From Eubacteriales bacterium (GTDB lineage: Bacteria; Bacillota; Clostridia; Oscillospirales; CAG-382): a stretch of 64,000 nt of DNA. The notes below the pieces were generated by a model. That model had not been told where the DNA came from, searched no databases, and saw only the letters and a program-made list of their open reading frames with translations. This document shows positions 47,318 through 56,345 of this stretch, one piece after another. Numbering within the stretch: position 1 is the first letter of the stretch; the number at the start of each line of letters is the position of its first letter. Position numbers and translations under genes: made by a program. The stretch is from contig JAZRVE010000062.1 in the NCBI GenBank assembly GCA_045598975.1, positions 18,815 to 82,814 of the forward strand, given 5' to 3'.

Positions 47318-48822
47318 TGACAGACAGACGCGAGAAGCAGGTAAAATACAGTATATATATGTCATTGATCGGCAAGGCGGTTACGGTAATTGTGGGAATC
47401 ATCGTTCCCAGGCTGTTTCTGTCACGCTTTGGCTCAGAGGTGTATGGTGCGACGAACTCGATCAATCAGTTCCTCGCGTTTATCACCATTCTGGAAGGCG
47501 GCGTAGGCGGAGTTGCCCGTGCGGCGCTGTATAAGCCCCTTGCCGAAAACGATATGGGCAAAACCGGCGAAATAATGACGGAAATAAAACACTATTTCAG
47601 AACAATCGGTTTTATTTTCGCGGCGTATGTCGTAGTGTTGGCGTCGGGCTTTCAAAAAATCTCCCGTATTGAGGCACTGGATTGGATATCTACGTTTTGG
47701 CTTGTGATCGTAATCAGTATTTCCGGCTTTGCACAGTATTTTATCGGAATATCCAACAGATTGTTGATGCAGGCATCTCGAAGGCATTATATTTCAAGCT
47801 TTATCGATATCAGCGGTATTATTGTGCAAGCGATCGTGACCGTCCTTTTGATCCGTGCGGGATGCGGTATCATTACGGTAGAATTATTCATCGCATTTGT
47901 TTGCACTTTGAGACCGATTTTGTTATGGCTTTATGTAAAAAAGAGTTTTGATCTGAAAAAGACCGCACGCAATAAAAATGCTCTTGAAAACAAATGGACC
48001 GGCATGGGACAACATCTTGCCTTTTTCCTGCATAACCAGACGGACGTTGCCGTATTGACACTTTTGGGCAATTTGCTGTTGGTGGCGGTATATTCCGTAT
48101 ATGCTATGGCGATCAACGCAATACAGAACATCGTTTTATCTTTCTCGACCGGAATGGAAGCGCTGTTCGGTGATATGTATGCCAAGAAAGAGTATGAGTT
48201 GCTGAACAAGACCTTCAACGAATATGAGACATTGATATCCTGCATAACAACGGTACTGTTTTCGACGACAATTGTTTTGCTCACGCCGTTCGTAAGAATA
48301 TATACAAGCGGTATCACGGATGCGGATTATTATCAACCGCTGTTCGGCATTGTCCTTGCGATCGCTTCTGTCTTATATTGTTTGAGAGCCCCATATCATA
48401 ATATGGTTATAGCGGCAGGACATTTCAAGGAAACCCGATGGGCATCATATGGCGAGGCGGTCATCAATTTGTTGCTTTCAATCCTTCTCGTAATGAAGTT
48501 CGGACTTGTCGGCGTTGCGATCGGAACCGTTTGCGCAACGGCGTTTCGCCTTATATTCTACGTGTTCTATCTGTCAAAAAATATCCTTAACAGAAGCGTC
48601 GGTTTATGGCTGAAAAGGACGGTCGTCAACGCCGTCGTGATGATAATCATAATCTTTTTGGGTAATCTCGCAACAAGTCATATGGAAATAGACAATTATT
48701 TGTATTGGGCTCTGACGGGTGTAATAACAGTCGGTATTGCCGCGGCGGTCACAATGATCGGTAATTTCTGTTTCTATAAGAATGACACTATACGGGTGTT
48801 AAAACATATCATTTCAAAATAA
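47317..48822 (+). CDS. wzx: Wzx-type oligosaccharide flippase (MOP/PST family)
   Basis: 501 aa, about 14 TM helices, N-terminus 'YMSLIGKAVTVIVGIIVPRLFLSRFGSEVYG'. The start ATG shares one base with the GT2 stop (TAATG). Confidence 0.8.
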   Translation: MTDRREKQVKYSIYMSLIGKAVTVIVGIIVPRLFLSRFGSEVYGATNSINQFLAFITILEGGVGGVARAALYKPLAENDMGKTGEIMTEIKHYFRTIGFIFAAYVVVLASGFQKISRIEALDWISTFWLVIVISISGFAQYFIGISNRLLMQASRRHYISSFIDISGIIVQAIVTVLLIRAGCGIITVELFIAFVCTLRPILLWLYVKKSFDLKKTARNKNALENKWTGMGQHLAFFLHNQTDVAVLTLLGNLLLVAVYSVYAMAINAIQNIVLSFSTGMEALFGDMYAKKEYELLNKTFNEYETLISCITTVLFSTTIVLLTPFVRIYTSGITDADYYQPLFGIVLAIASVLYCLRAPYHNMVIAAGHFKETRWASYGEAVINLLLSILLVMKFGLVGVAIGTVCATAFRLIFYVFYLSKNILNRSVGLWLKRTVVNAVVMIIIIFLGNLATSHMEIDNYLYWALTGVITVGIAAAVTMIGNFCFYKNDTIRVLKHIISK

Positions 48823-48870
48823 TTTTTGCAAAAAAGCTTTTCCGAAAAAGAAAAAAGGAGATTTCGTCAA

Positions 48871-50439
48871 ATGAATTCAGCAAAAAAAACAGACAAAACC
48901 ATGGTGGATGTGCATCGTATACTGAAAGCACTGTGGAAAAAGAAGATTCTGATAGTTGTGGTGTCAGTATTGTGTGCGATAATCATGGTAGTAGGCGTTG
49001 CGGTGTTCTCAACGCCGAAATATCGGGCAGACATTCTTGTATATGTCAATAACCATGCCGTTTCCGTCGGGGGCACGGCTATCAGTTTCAGCACGGGAGA
49101 TCTGACGGCGGCAAGAGCTCTTCTTGACACATACATCGTTGCGCTGAAATCAAGAAAATCGTTGGATGCCATTATTGAAAAGGCTGACCTGCCTTATACG
49201 AGAAGACAGCTTTCAAGCATGATTTCGGCGGGCTCGGTAAACAAAACCGAGTGTTTTACCGTTGCTGTCACAGCCGGCGATCCGGAAGAGGCACGGATCA
49301 TTGCGAATACAGTGGCGGAGGTTTTGCCGGAGGTACTGTCAAACACAATTGAAGGAAGCTCGGTCAAAGTTCTCGACTATGCGATCGCGCCACAGAACAA
49401 GGTCGATCCGGGGTATACAACTTTTGCCGAAATCGGTTTTATTATCGGATTCATTCTGATCGCTCTTATCGTTACCGTAAAAGAAATCCTGAATGATAAA
49501 ATTCACGGGGAAGACACGCTGACCGAGATGTCCGATACCGTTCCGGTCCTTGCCACGATTCCGCACAAAGGGATGAAGGGCAGTTATTCCAAATACGGGT
49601 ACGGTCATAAGAATAAGGAAAACGGCAGTTCGCATAAGAGTAAGAGCAAGTTCTTCGATGAAGCTACGGCTATATGCGGCGACCTTGATTTTTCCCAGAC
49701 CGAGGCATACAATCTGCTTCAAACAAGTGTGCAGTACAGCTTTGAAAATGATGGCTGTAAAGTTATCGGCATCACCAGCTCGGAAAGAAATGAAGGAAAG
49801 AGTACACTTGCCGTTAACCTTGCCTATTCGCTTTCGGCTGACAAGAAAAAGGTACTTCTTCTTGATGGTGATATGCGTCTGCCGACCATCGCAAAGAAAT
49901 TGGGACTTGAATCCACGCCCGGACTCAGTGATTATCTGACCGGAAAAGTACAGAATGACGACGGCATACAGCACAGCCAAAAGGCGCCGTCCATGTCGGT
50001 CATTTGTTCGGGCGTCGTACCGCCCAATCCGTTCCGACTGATCGGCTCGGCAAGTATGGAAAGATTGTTGGATTCACTCAGAGAAGCATATGATTATATT
50101 ATCGTCGATCTTCCTCCGGTCAATATCGTTTCCGATCCGCTTTCCGTTGCCCGATATCTTGACGGATTTATCATCGTTGCCCGCGGCGAATACTCGACCA
50201 GACAGGGCGTTGCGGATGTTGTCAAGAAACTTGAAGTCGTAAAGGCGAATATTCTCGGTTTTGTTGTGAACGGCGACGGTTCGTCTTCGGAAAATAAGTA
50301 CGGCAAATATGGCAAACACGGAAAATATGCGGCCTCGGACGGGGACTATGAAAGCCATTATGAGCGTTCCGCAAAGAAAGCCGCCGACCGCACGGTTTCA
50401 CCGGAATCATCCGGCAGTGATACAACGAAAAAATCATGA
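48871..50439 (+). CDS. Fused Wzz-type chain-length regulator and BY-family tyrosine autokinase (CpsC-CpsD fusion)
   Basis: The N-terminal Wzz module has two TM helices ('ILIVVVSVLCAIIMVVGVAVF', 'IGFIIGFILIALIVTV'). The kinase has Walker A 'SSERNEGKST', A' 'LLLDGDMRLP' and B 'IIVDLPP'. The C-terminal Tyr cluster is 'NKYGKYGKHGKYAASDGDYESHY'. The ATG at 48871 follows 'aaggag'. Confidence 0.88.
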   Translation: MNSAKKTDKTMVDVHRILKALWKKKILIVVVSVLCAIIMVVGVAVFSTPKYRADILVYVNNHAVSVGGTAISFSTGDLTAARALLDTYIVALKSRKSLDAIIEKADLPYTRRQLSSMISAGSVNKTECFTVAVTAGDPEEARIIANTVAEVLPEVLSNTIEGSSVKVLDYAIAPQNKVDPGYTTFAEIGFIIGFILIALIVTVKEILNDKIHGEDTLTEMSDTVPVLATIPHKGMKGSYSKYGYGHKNKENGSSHKSKSKFFDEATAICGDLDFSQTEAYNLLQTSVQYSFENDGCKVIGITSSERNEGKSTLAVNLAYSLSADKKKVLLLDGDMRLPTIAKKLGLESTPGLSDYLTGKVQNDDGIQHSQKAPSMSVICSGVVPPNPFRLIGSASMERLLDSLREAYDYIIVDLPPVNIVSDPLSVARYLDGFIIVARGEYSTRQGVADVVKKLEVVKANILGFVVNGDGSSSENKYGKYGKHGKYAASDGDYESHYERSAKKAADRTVSPESSGSDTTKKS

Positions 50440-51137
50440 CGGAAGAAAAATGTACGGTCGATATCCATACGCATATTTTGCCTCAAATGGATGACGGTGC
50501 TTCTTCTTTGGAAGAGAGCTTACAGCTTGCAGGCGAATTATCAAAGCAGGGGATTACCGTCATAGCGGCAACACCGCACTTCTACGCCGACAGAGAGAAT
50601 CCGTCCGATTTCTTTGACAGAAGACGGAAAGCCGTATCTTTACTTGCCGACAAGCTTGACAAAGGCGTAACGGTTTTGCCGGGAGCGGAGGTTTACTATT
50701 ATCAGGGGATCAGCAGAACGGAGCGGCTGCCGGAATTTGCGATCGGGCAGACGGATCTGCTGCTGCTCGAAATGCCGTTCGGCGATTGGACGCGGTCTGT
50801 GATAAACGAAGTCTGTTCCATTCAGAGAGAGAGAAAATTGCAGGTCGTTATAGCCCATATCGACAGATATATGAGCCAAAAGAACGTGGACAATATTGAG
50901 GATATGATTAGCCTCGGCATGCTGTTTCAGATCAACGCAAGCGCATTCCTTGATAAAAAGCGGAAAAATGCGGCACTTGCCATGCTGAAAAACAGAATTG
51001 TCCACTTTGTCGCTTCCGATTGCCACAACATGACGGCAAGACCGCCTAAACTTCGTGATGCGTATGAAGTGATCGAAAAGAAACTCGGAAGTGACTCCGT
51101 GAAATGGCTCTGCGAGCAATCGGAATTATATTTTTAG
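50436..51137 (+). CDS. PHP-family protein-tyrosine phosphatase (CpsB/YwqE-type)
   Basis: 'VDIHTHILPQMDDGASSLEESL...ATPHF' and a later 'ASDCHN'. The start overlaps the kinase stop by 4 nt. Confidence 0.9.
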   Translation: MTEEKCTVDIHTHILPQMDDGASSLEESLQLAGELSKQGITVIAATPHFYADRENPSDFFDRRRKAVSLLADKLDKGVTVLPGAEVYYYQGISRTERLPEFAIGQTDLLLLEMPFGDWTRSVINEVCSIQRERKLQVVIAHIDRYMSQKNVDNIEDMISLGMLFQINASAFLDKKRKNAALAMLKNRIVHFVASDCHNMTARPPKLRDAYEVIEKKLGSDSVKWLCEQSELYF

Positions 51138-51176
51138 GCAGTTCGTCGTAGCCCGCATTTTGCGAAAGCCGATCAA

Positions 51177-51218
51177 GAAAAAAACCTCCTCTTTCATTTT
51201 TGAAAGAAGAGGTTTTTT
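51177..51218. terminator. Bidirectional terminator at the convergence of the polysaccharide operon and the GDP-fucose operon
   Basis: 'cctcctctttc' pairs with 'gaaagaagagg' (one mismatch). An A-run lies on the left and 'tttttt' on the right. Confidence 0.8.
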
Positions 51219-51221
51219 AAC

Positions 51222-52892
51222 TCAATGTATCAATTTTTCAAGTTCTGCCGTTATGTCCGTTTCAACCGATTTCGCTTTTTCTACGTTTTCCGCACTCACC
51301 GAAAGATAGGCTTTGATTTTCGGCTCGGTGCCGCTCGGTCGGATAACGACCGAACAATTGTCTTCGAGAATGAATTTCAGCACGTCGGATTTCGGAAGTC
51401 CGTCAAGTCCCGGCAGATAGTCAAGCGTCCCTATGACCTTTTTTTCGCCGAATGAGCAAATGTCGTCGCGGAATTTTTGCATGATTTCCGCCATCTTTTG
51501 CATGCCTGCCGCTCCTTCAAAGGTGTAGGAGTGAAGCGTGCAAAGACAGTATCCGTATTTTTCGTAAAGTTCATTCAGCCTTTGGGTAAGCGTTATGCCT
51601 CGTGCTTTATAGAATGCAAGCATTTCGCAGATCAGAAACGCACTGCCAACGCCGTCTTTGTCACGGACATAACTTCCGCTTAAATAGCCGTAGGATTCTT
51701 CAAAACCGAAAACGAATCGGCTTTTTTTGTTTTTTTTCTCCAAAATGCCGATCTGCTCTCCGATAAACTTAAAGCCGGTCAGCACGTTCACGGTCTCTAC
51801 GCCGTAATCTGCGGCGATTCGTTCCGCCATATCGGCCGTGACGATGGTTTTGCAAAGGATCGGTTTTTCCGGCATTCTGCCGTGCTTTTGCCGTTGAGAA
51901 CAGACGTAATCAAGAAGTAACATGCCGACTTCGTTTCCGGTAAGCCGTTTATAATCTTCACCGTCTTTTACGGCGATCCCGACACGGTCGCAGTCGGGAT
52001 CGGTGGCAAGCATCAGGTCGGCATTGTATCTCTCGGCATATTCAAGTCCGAGCGAAAGTGCTTCTTTGATCTCGGGATTGGGATACGGGCAGGTCGGAAA
52101 ATTGCCGTCCGGCTGTTCCTGTTCCTTAACCACGACGATATCGGCAAAACCGCTTTCGGGAAGCACTCTTGTTACGGGTTTCAGCCCTGTACCGTTCAAA
52201 GGGGAATAGACGATCGAGACATTTTTGTCCGCTTTATCACCGTACAGCGCCGATTGCTTTTTGACCTCTTCGGTGAAAGCCGTATAGCAGTCATCGGCGA
52301 TATATTTTATCATGCCGTTTGCCAGACCGACGGAAAAATCCGCTTGTTTTATATCGTTGAAAACGTCGAGCTTTTGGATATCCGAAAAAATCTCTGTTGC
52401 CGCCTCGGTCGTGATCTGACATCCGTCGGAATCGTAAACCTTGTAGCCGTTGTATGCCGCGGGATTGTGGGACGCTGTTATCATAATGCCGCCGGAACAT
52501 CCGTAATACCTTACCGCAAAGGAAAGGCAGGGGGTCGGCATCAATTCGGGATAGAAATACACTTTGATCCCGTTTGCCGCAAATATACCGGTCGCCGTTT
52601 TGGCAAAAAGGTCGGATTTAATGCGGGAATCGTAGGATACGGCAATGCTTCCGTTTTGGTAATGCCTGCCTATATAATCCGCAAGTCCCTGCGATGCCTT
52701 GGCAACGGTATATACGTTCATCCGGTTTGTCCCGGCGCCGATAATACCCCGAAGTCCGCCCGTACCGAAGGAAAGGTCACGGTAAAAAGCGTCTTCCATA
52801 TCGGATCGGCTCATTTTTTTGAGTTCGTTTTGTGTGTCTTCGTCGCCGGTTGTCATTTTCAGCCAGCGCTCGTATTCCTGCTTAAAGCTCAT
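51222..52892 (-). CDS. Alpha-D-phosphohexomutase (phosphoglucomutase/phosphomannomutase, PgcA-like)
   Basis: Active-site 'ITASHNPAAYNGYKVY', Mg site 'ATDPDCDRVG', 556 aa. It is the last gene of the gmd operon. Confidence 0.9.
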   Translation of the reverse strand: MSFKQEYERWLKMTTGDEDTQNELKKMSRSDMEDAFYRDLSFGTGGLRGIIGAGTNRMNVYTVAKASQGLADYIGRHYQNGSIAVSYDSRIKSDLFAKTATGIFAANGIKVYFYPELMPTPCLSFAVRYYGCSGGIMITASHNPAAYNGYKVYDSDGCQITTEAATEIFSDIQKLDVFNDIKQADFSVGLANGMIKYIADDCYTAFTEEVKKQSALYGDKADKNVSIVYSPLNGTGLKPVTRVLPESGFADIVVVKEQEQPDGNFPTCPYPNPEIKEALSLGLEYAERYNADLMLATDPDCDRVGIAVKDGEDYKRLTGNEVGMLLLDYVCSQRQKHGRMPEKPILCKTIVTADMAERIAADYGVETVNVLTGFKFIGEQIGILEKKNKKSRFVFGFEESYGYLSGSYVRDKDGVGSAFLICEMLAFYKARGITLTQRLNELYEKYGYCLCTLHSYTFEGAAGMQKMAEIMQKFRDDICSFGEKKVIGTLDYLPGLDGLPKSDVLKFILEDNCSVVIRPSGTEPKIKAYLSVSAENVEKAKSVETDITAELEKLIH

Positions 52893-54192
52893 ATTTTTGC
52901 TTGTCCTTTACGCTGATTTCCTGCCCGAGCTGAACTTCGATCAGTTTCAAAATCGTTTCTGCCATTACGGTATGTCTGCATCCGGCTTGCATTCTGATCA
53001 CGTCACCGGTTTTGATCCTTTGCTCTATTCCGTCAACAACGGTACGCCCTTCACCTTCAATGACAACCCAAACCTCGTCCCGTTTTTCGTGGCTGTGATA
53101 ATTCATTTTATGCCCGGGATTCAGCGTCACCTTGATGGTGTGGCTTCCTTTTTCGATATTGAGTATCCGGTAACTGCCCCATGACTTTTCCGCATACATG
53201 ACGGGCAGGTCGATCTTGTCTACAAAAGGCTTTATGTAAGACGATTCGTGTTTGTCCGAGACCAGAATGCCGTCCGCGCTTGCCGAAATGACAATGTCGT
53301 GAAGTCCCATGGCAAGCACCGGCACATCAAGCTCATTGATGATATGCACGTTTTCGCAGTTATCGTTCATTACGGCGTCGCCGATGATGTTTTCGTCCAT
53401 CGTTTCGGTCAGCGTGTTCCACGTGCCGATATCCTTCCACTCACCGTTATATCGAAGCACACGGATGCTCTTTTCTTTTTCAACGACTGCATAGTCAAAG
53501 CTGATTTTTGTGAGTGTTTCATATTTGGCAACCAGATCGTGATAATCGGTGAAGTCGATCAGCTCGTGTGCTTTTTTCAGCACGTATCCGATTTTATAGG
53601 CAAATACGCCGCCGTTCCATAAGGCGCCGTCCGCCATATATTTTTTTGCCGTTTCTTCATCGGGCTTTTCCTTAAAAGCCGAAACCGCACTTGCTTTTTC
53701 GTTTGTTTCGGGGATGATATAGCCGTACTTTTCGCTCGGATAGGTCGGCTCAATGCCCATCAGCGTCAGATTGCTTTTGCCGGTCTGTGCTTCACTCCAA
53801 AGCTCGTGGAGAAACTCAAAGTATGTGTTGTCGACATAAGGATCGACAGGGCAGACAACGACGGCTTCTTTCTCGGAAACGCCGCCGATATCGTGCAGAT
53901 ATGCCGTCGCAAGTGCAATCGCCGGGAATGTGTCTCTGCGGCACGGCTCAACGGAAATACCGATATTGTCGCCGAGTTGATTGCGAAGCTCGGATACCTG
54001 CGACTCAGACGTGGCAACGGTAACGGTCGCATCAGAGTCCACCGTTTTGATCTGGCGGTAGATCCGTTCCGCCATGGATTCATATGCACCGTCGTCTTTT
54101 TTGAAAAAACGGATAAACTGCTTGGAGCGTGTATCGTTTGAAAGCGGCCAAAGGCGTTTGCCTGAGCCGCCGGACAGAAGAATAATGTTCAT
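52882..54192 (-). CDS. manC: Mannose-1-phosphate guanylyltransferase with C-terminal cupin domain
   Basis: 'MNIILLSGGSGKRLWPLSNDTRSKQF' is the nucleotidyltransferase motif. The C-terminal cupin is 'HSHEKRDEVWVVIEGEG'. Confidence 0.85.
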   Translation of the reverse strand: MNIILLSGGSGKRLWPLSNDTRSKQFIRFFKKDDGAYESMAERIYRQIKTVDSDATVTVATSESQVSELRNQLGDNIGISVEPCRRDTFPAIALATAYLHDIGGVSEKEAVVVCPVDPYVDNTYFEFLHELWSEAQTGKSNLTLMGIEPTYPSEKYGYIIPETNEKASAVSAFKEKPDEETAKKYMADGALWNGGVFAYKIGYVLKKAHELIDFTDYHDLVAKYETLTKISFDYAVVEKEKSIRVLRYNGEWKDIGTWNTLTETMDENIIGDAVMNDNCENVHIINELDVPVLAMGLHDIVISASADGILVSDKHESSYIKPFVDKIDLPVMYAEKSWGSYRILNIEKGSHTIKVTLNPGHKMNYHSHEKRDEVWVVIEGEGRTVVDGIEQRIKTGDVIRMQAGCRHTVMAETILKLIEVQLGQEISVKDKQKYEL

Positions 54193-54194
54193 CT

Positions 54195-55139
54195 TTATCT
54201 TTCCGCCCGCATCGGATTATGAAGAAAATCCTCGTATGCGAGCCTGATGCCGTCTTCGGGTTCTGTTTTGTAAGTCCAGCCGAGAGAAGTCGCTTTGGAA
54301 ACATCGAGAAGTTTTCTCGGCGTGCCGTTTGGTTTTGAAGTGTCCCAAAGGATTTTCCCGTTATAACCGATCACTTTCGCAACAAGCTCGGTCAGTTCTT
54401 TTATCGTCAGTTCTTTGCCCGTGCCGGCGTTGACCGTTTCGTTTCCGCTGTAATTGTTCATAAGGAACACACAAAGGTTTGCAAGGTCATCCACGTAGAG
54501 AAATTCCCGGAGCGGTGAGCCGTCGCCCCAGCACGTAACGCTTTCCTTGCCCTCGGCTTTTGCCTCGTGAAAACGGCGGATGAGGGCAGGGAGCACGTGG
54601 CTGTGCTCGGGATGGTAGTTGTCATTCGGACCGTATAGATTTGTCGGCATGACGGAAATGTAGTCCGTGCCATACTGTCTGTTCAGAAATTCACAGTATT
54701 TCAGCCCCGATATTTTGGCGAGCGCATACGCTTCGTTGGTTTTTTCGAGCTCGCTTGTGAGCAGGCAATCCTCTTTCATCGGCTGCGGCGCCATACGGGG
54801 ATAGATGCAGGATGAGCCGAGAAATTCGAGTTTTTTGCAGCCGTTTTTCCATGCCGCATGGATCACGTTCATTTCTAAGATCATATTGTCGTACATAAAA
54901 TCGGCAAGTGCATTCTGATTGGCAACGATGCCGCCGACCTTTGCCGCCGCAAGAAAAACATATTCCGGCTTTTCGGCGGCGAAAAAGGCTTCCACAGCGT
55001 CTTGCCCTGTGAGGTCAAGCTCTTTGTGTGTTCTTGTGATAATATTCGTGTAGCCCTGTTTGTCAAGTTCTCTGACGATTGCCGAGCCGACCATGCCTCT
55101 GTGTCCGGCAACGTATATTTTTGCGTTTTTCTCCATCAT
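54195..55139 (-). CDS. fcl: GDP-L-fucose synthase (GDP-4-keto-6-deoxymannose 3,5-epimerase/4-reductase)
   Basis: '[18 protein letters not shown]...[14 protein letters not shown]' and 'YALAKISG' are the Fcl/WcaG signature. Confidence 0.93.
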   Translation of the reverse strand: MMEKNAKIYVAGHRGMVGSAIVRELDKQGYTNIITRTHKELDLTGQDAVEAFFAAEKPEYVFLAAAKVGGIVANQNALADFMYDNMILEMNVIHAAWKNGCKKLEFLGSSCIYPRMAPQPMKEDCLLTSELEKTNEAYALAKISGLKYCEFLNRQYGTDYISVMPTNLYGPNDNYHPEHSHVLPALIRRFHEAKAEGKESVTCWGDGSPLREFLYVDDLANLCVFLMNNYSGNETVNAGTGKELTIKELTELVAKVIGYNGKILWDTSKPNGTPRKLLDVSKATSLGWTYKTEPEDGIRLAYEDFLHNPMRAER

Positions 55140-56188
55140 ATTCTTTCGCCCGCTTCCTTTACCGCACGTTCTCTTTTGGCAAGCTTTCTGTCATGCTCTG
55201 CCATGATCCGTATCAGTTCTTCATAAGGTGTGGTCTGCGGATTCCAACCGAGCAGCGTCTTTGCCTTTGTCGGATCGCCCAAAAGGTTATCGACGTCGGT
55301 CGGACGGAACCATTTCGGATTGACCGAAACAAGCAGCCTGCCGGTTTTCGTGTCATATCCTTTTTCATCCACACCGCCGCCTTCCCAACGGATAGTCATT
55401 CCGTTCGCGGCAAACGCCTTTTCGGTGAAATCGCGGACGGTATGCTGAACGCCGGTGGCGATAACGAAATCATCGGGAATATCGTGCTGCATGATGAGCC
55501 ACATACATTCCACATAATCTTTTGCATAGCCCCAGTCACGCAGAGAATCCATGTTGCCGAGTTCCAGACGATCCTGCAAGCCTTCCGCAATACGACCCGC
55601 GGCAAGGGTGATTTTTCTCGTGACAAAGTTTTCGCCTCTGCGCTCCGATTCGTGATTGAACAGAATGCCGTTGACGGCAAACATTCCGTATGCCTCTCGG
55701 TATTCTTTGATCATCCAATAGCCGTACTGCTTGGCAACGGCATAAGGGGAATAGGGGTGAAACGGCGTTGTTTCTTTTTGCGGGATTTCTTCCACTTTGC
55801 CGAAAAGCTCCGAGGTCGACGCCTGATAGATCTTCGTCTTCTTTTCCATACCGAGCATCCGCACGGCTTCGAGGATGCGAAGCACACCGATGGCATCCAC
55901 GTCTCCCGAGTATTCCGGCACATCAAAAGAAACCTGCACATGACTCTGCGCGGCAAGGTTGTATATTTCATCCGGCTGTGTTTCCCTTATAATGCGGATA
56001 AGGGAGGTGGAATCGGTAAGATCGCCGTCGTGCAGCTTGATCTTATCTATAATATGGTCTATCCGACCGGTGTTGGATATGGAGGAACGGCGGACGATGC
56101 CGTGGACTTCATACCCCTTTTCCAGTAAAAATTCGGCAAGATACGAGCCGTCTTGCCCGGTAATCCCGGTTATCAGTGCTGTTTTCAT
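55136..56188 (-). CDS. gmd: GDP-mannose 4,6-dehydratase
   Basis: '[33 protein letters not shown]' and '[37 protein letters not shown]'. Confidence 0.95.
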   Translation of the reverse strand: MKTALITGITGQDGSYLAEFLLEKGYEVHGIVRRSSISNTGRIDHIIDKIKLHDGDLTDSTSLIRIIRETQPDEIYNLAAQSHVQVSFDVPEYSGDVDAIGVLRILEAVRMLGMEKKTKIYQASTSELFGKVEEIPQKETTPFHPYSPYAVAKQYGYWMIKEYREAYGMFAVNGILFNHESERRGENFVTRKITLAAGRIAEGLQDRLELGNMDSLRDWGYAKDYVECMWLIMQHDIPDDFVIATGVQHTVRDFTEKAFAANGMTIRWEGGGVDEKGYDTKTGRLLVSVNPKWFRPTDVDNLLGDPTKAKTLLGWNPQTTPYEELIRIMAEHDRKLAKRERAVKEAGERI

Positions 56189-56282
56189 ATAACACTTGCT
56201 CCTTACATAACTATTTTGATAGTATTATACAACACGGAAATACAGGACATAAAGAATAATATTGCCATTCAGTAGCATTATA

Positions 56283-56311
56283 TTGACTTTTACGAAAATT
56301 CGTGATATTAT
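56283..56311 (+). promoter_or_regulatory. Candidate sigma-A promoter for the AraC regulator, in the divergent region shared with gmd
   Basis: TTGACT (56283-56288), 17 nt, TGaTATTAT (TATTAT at 56306-56311). Confidence 0.5.
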
Positions 56312-56345
56312 AATAAGAAAAACATGGGAAAAGGAGCAAAAAGAC

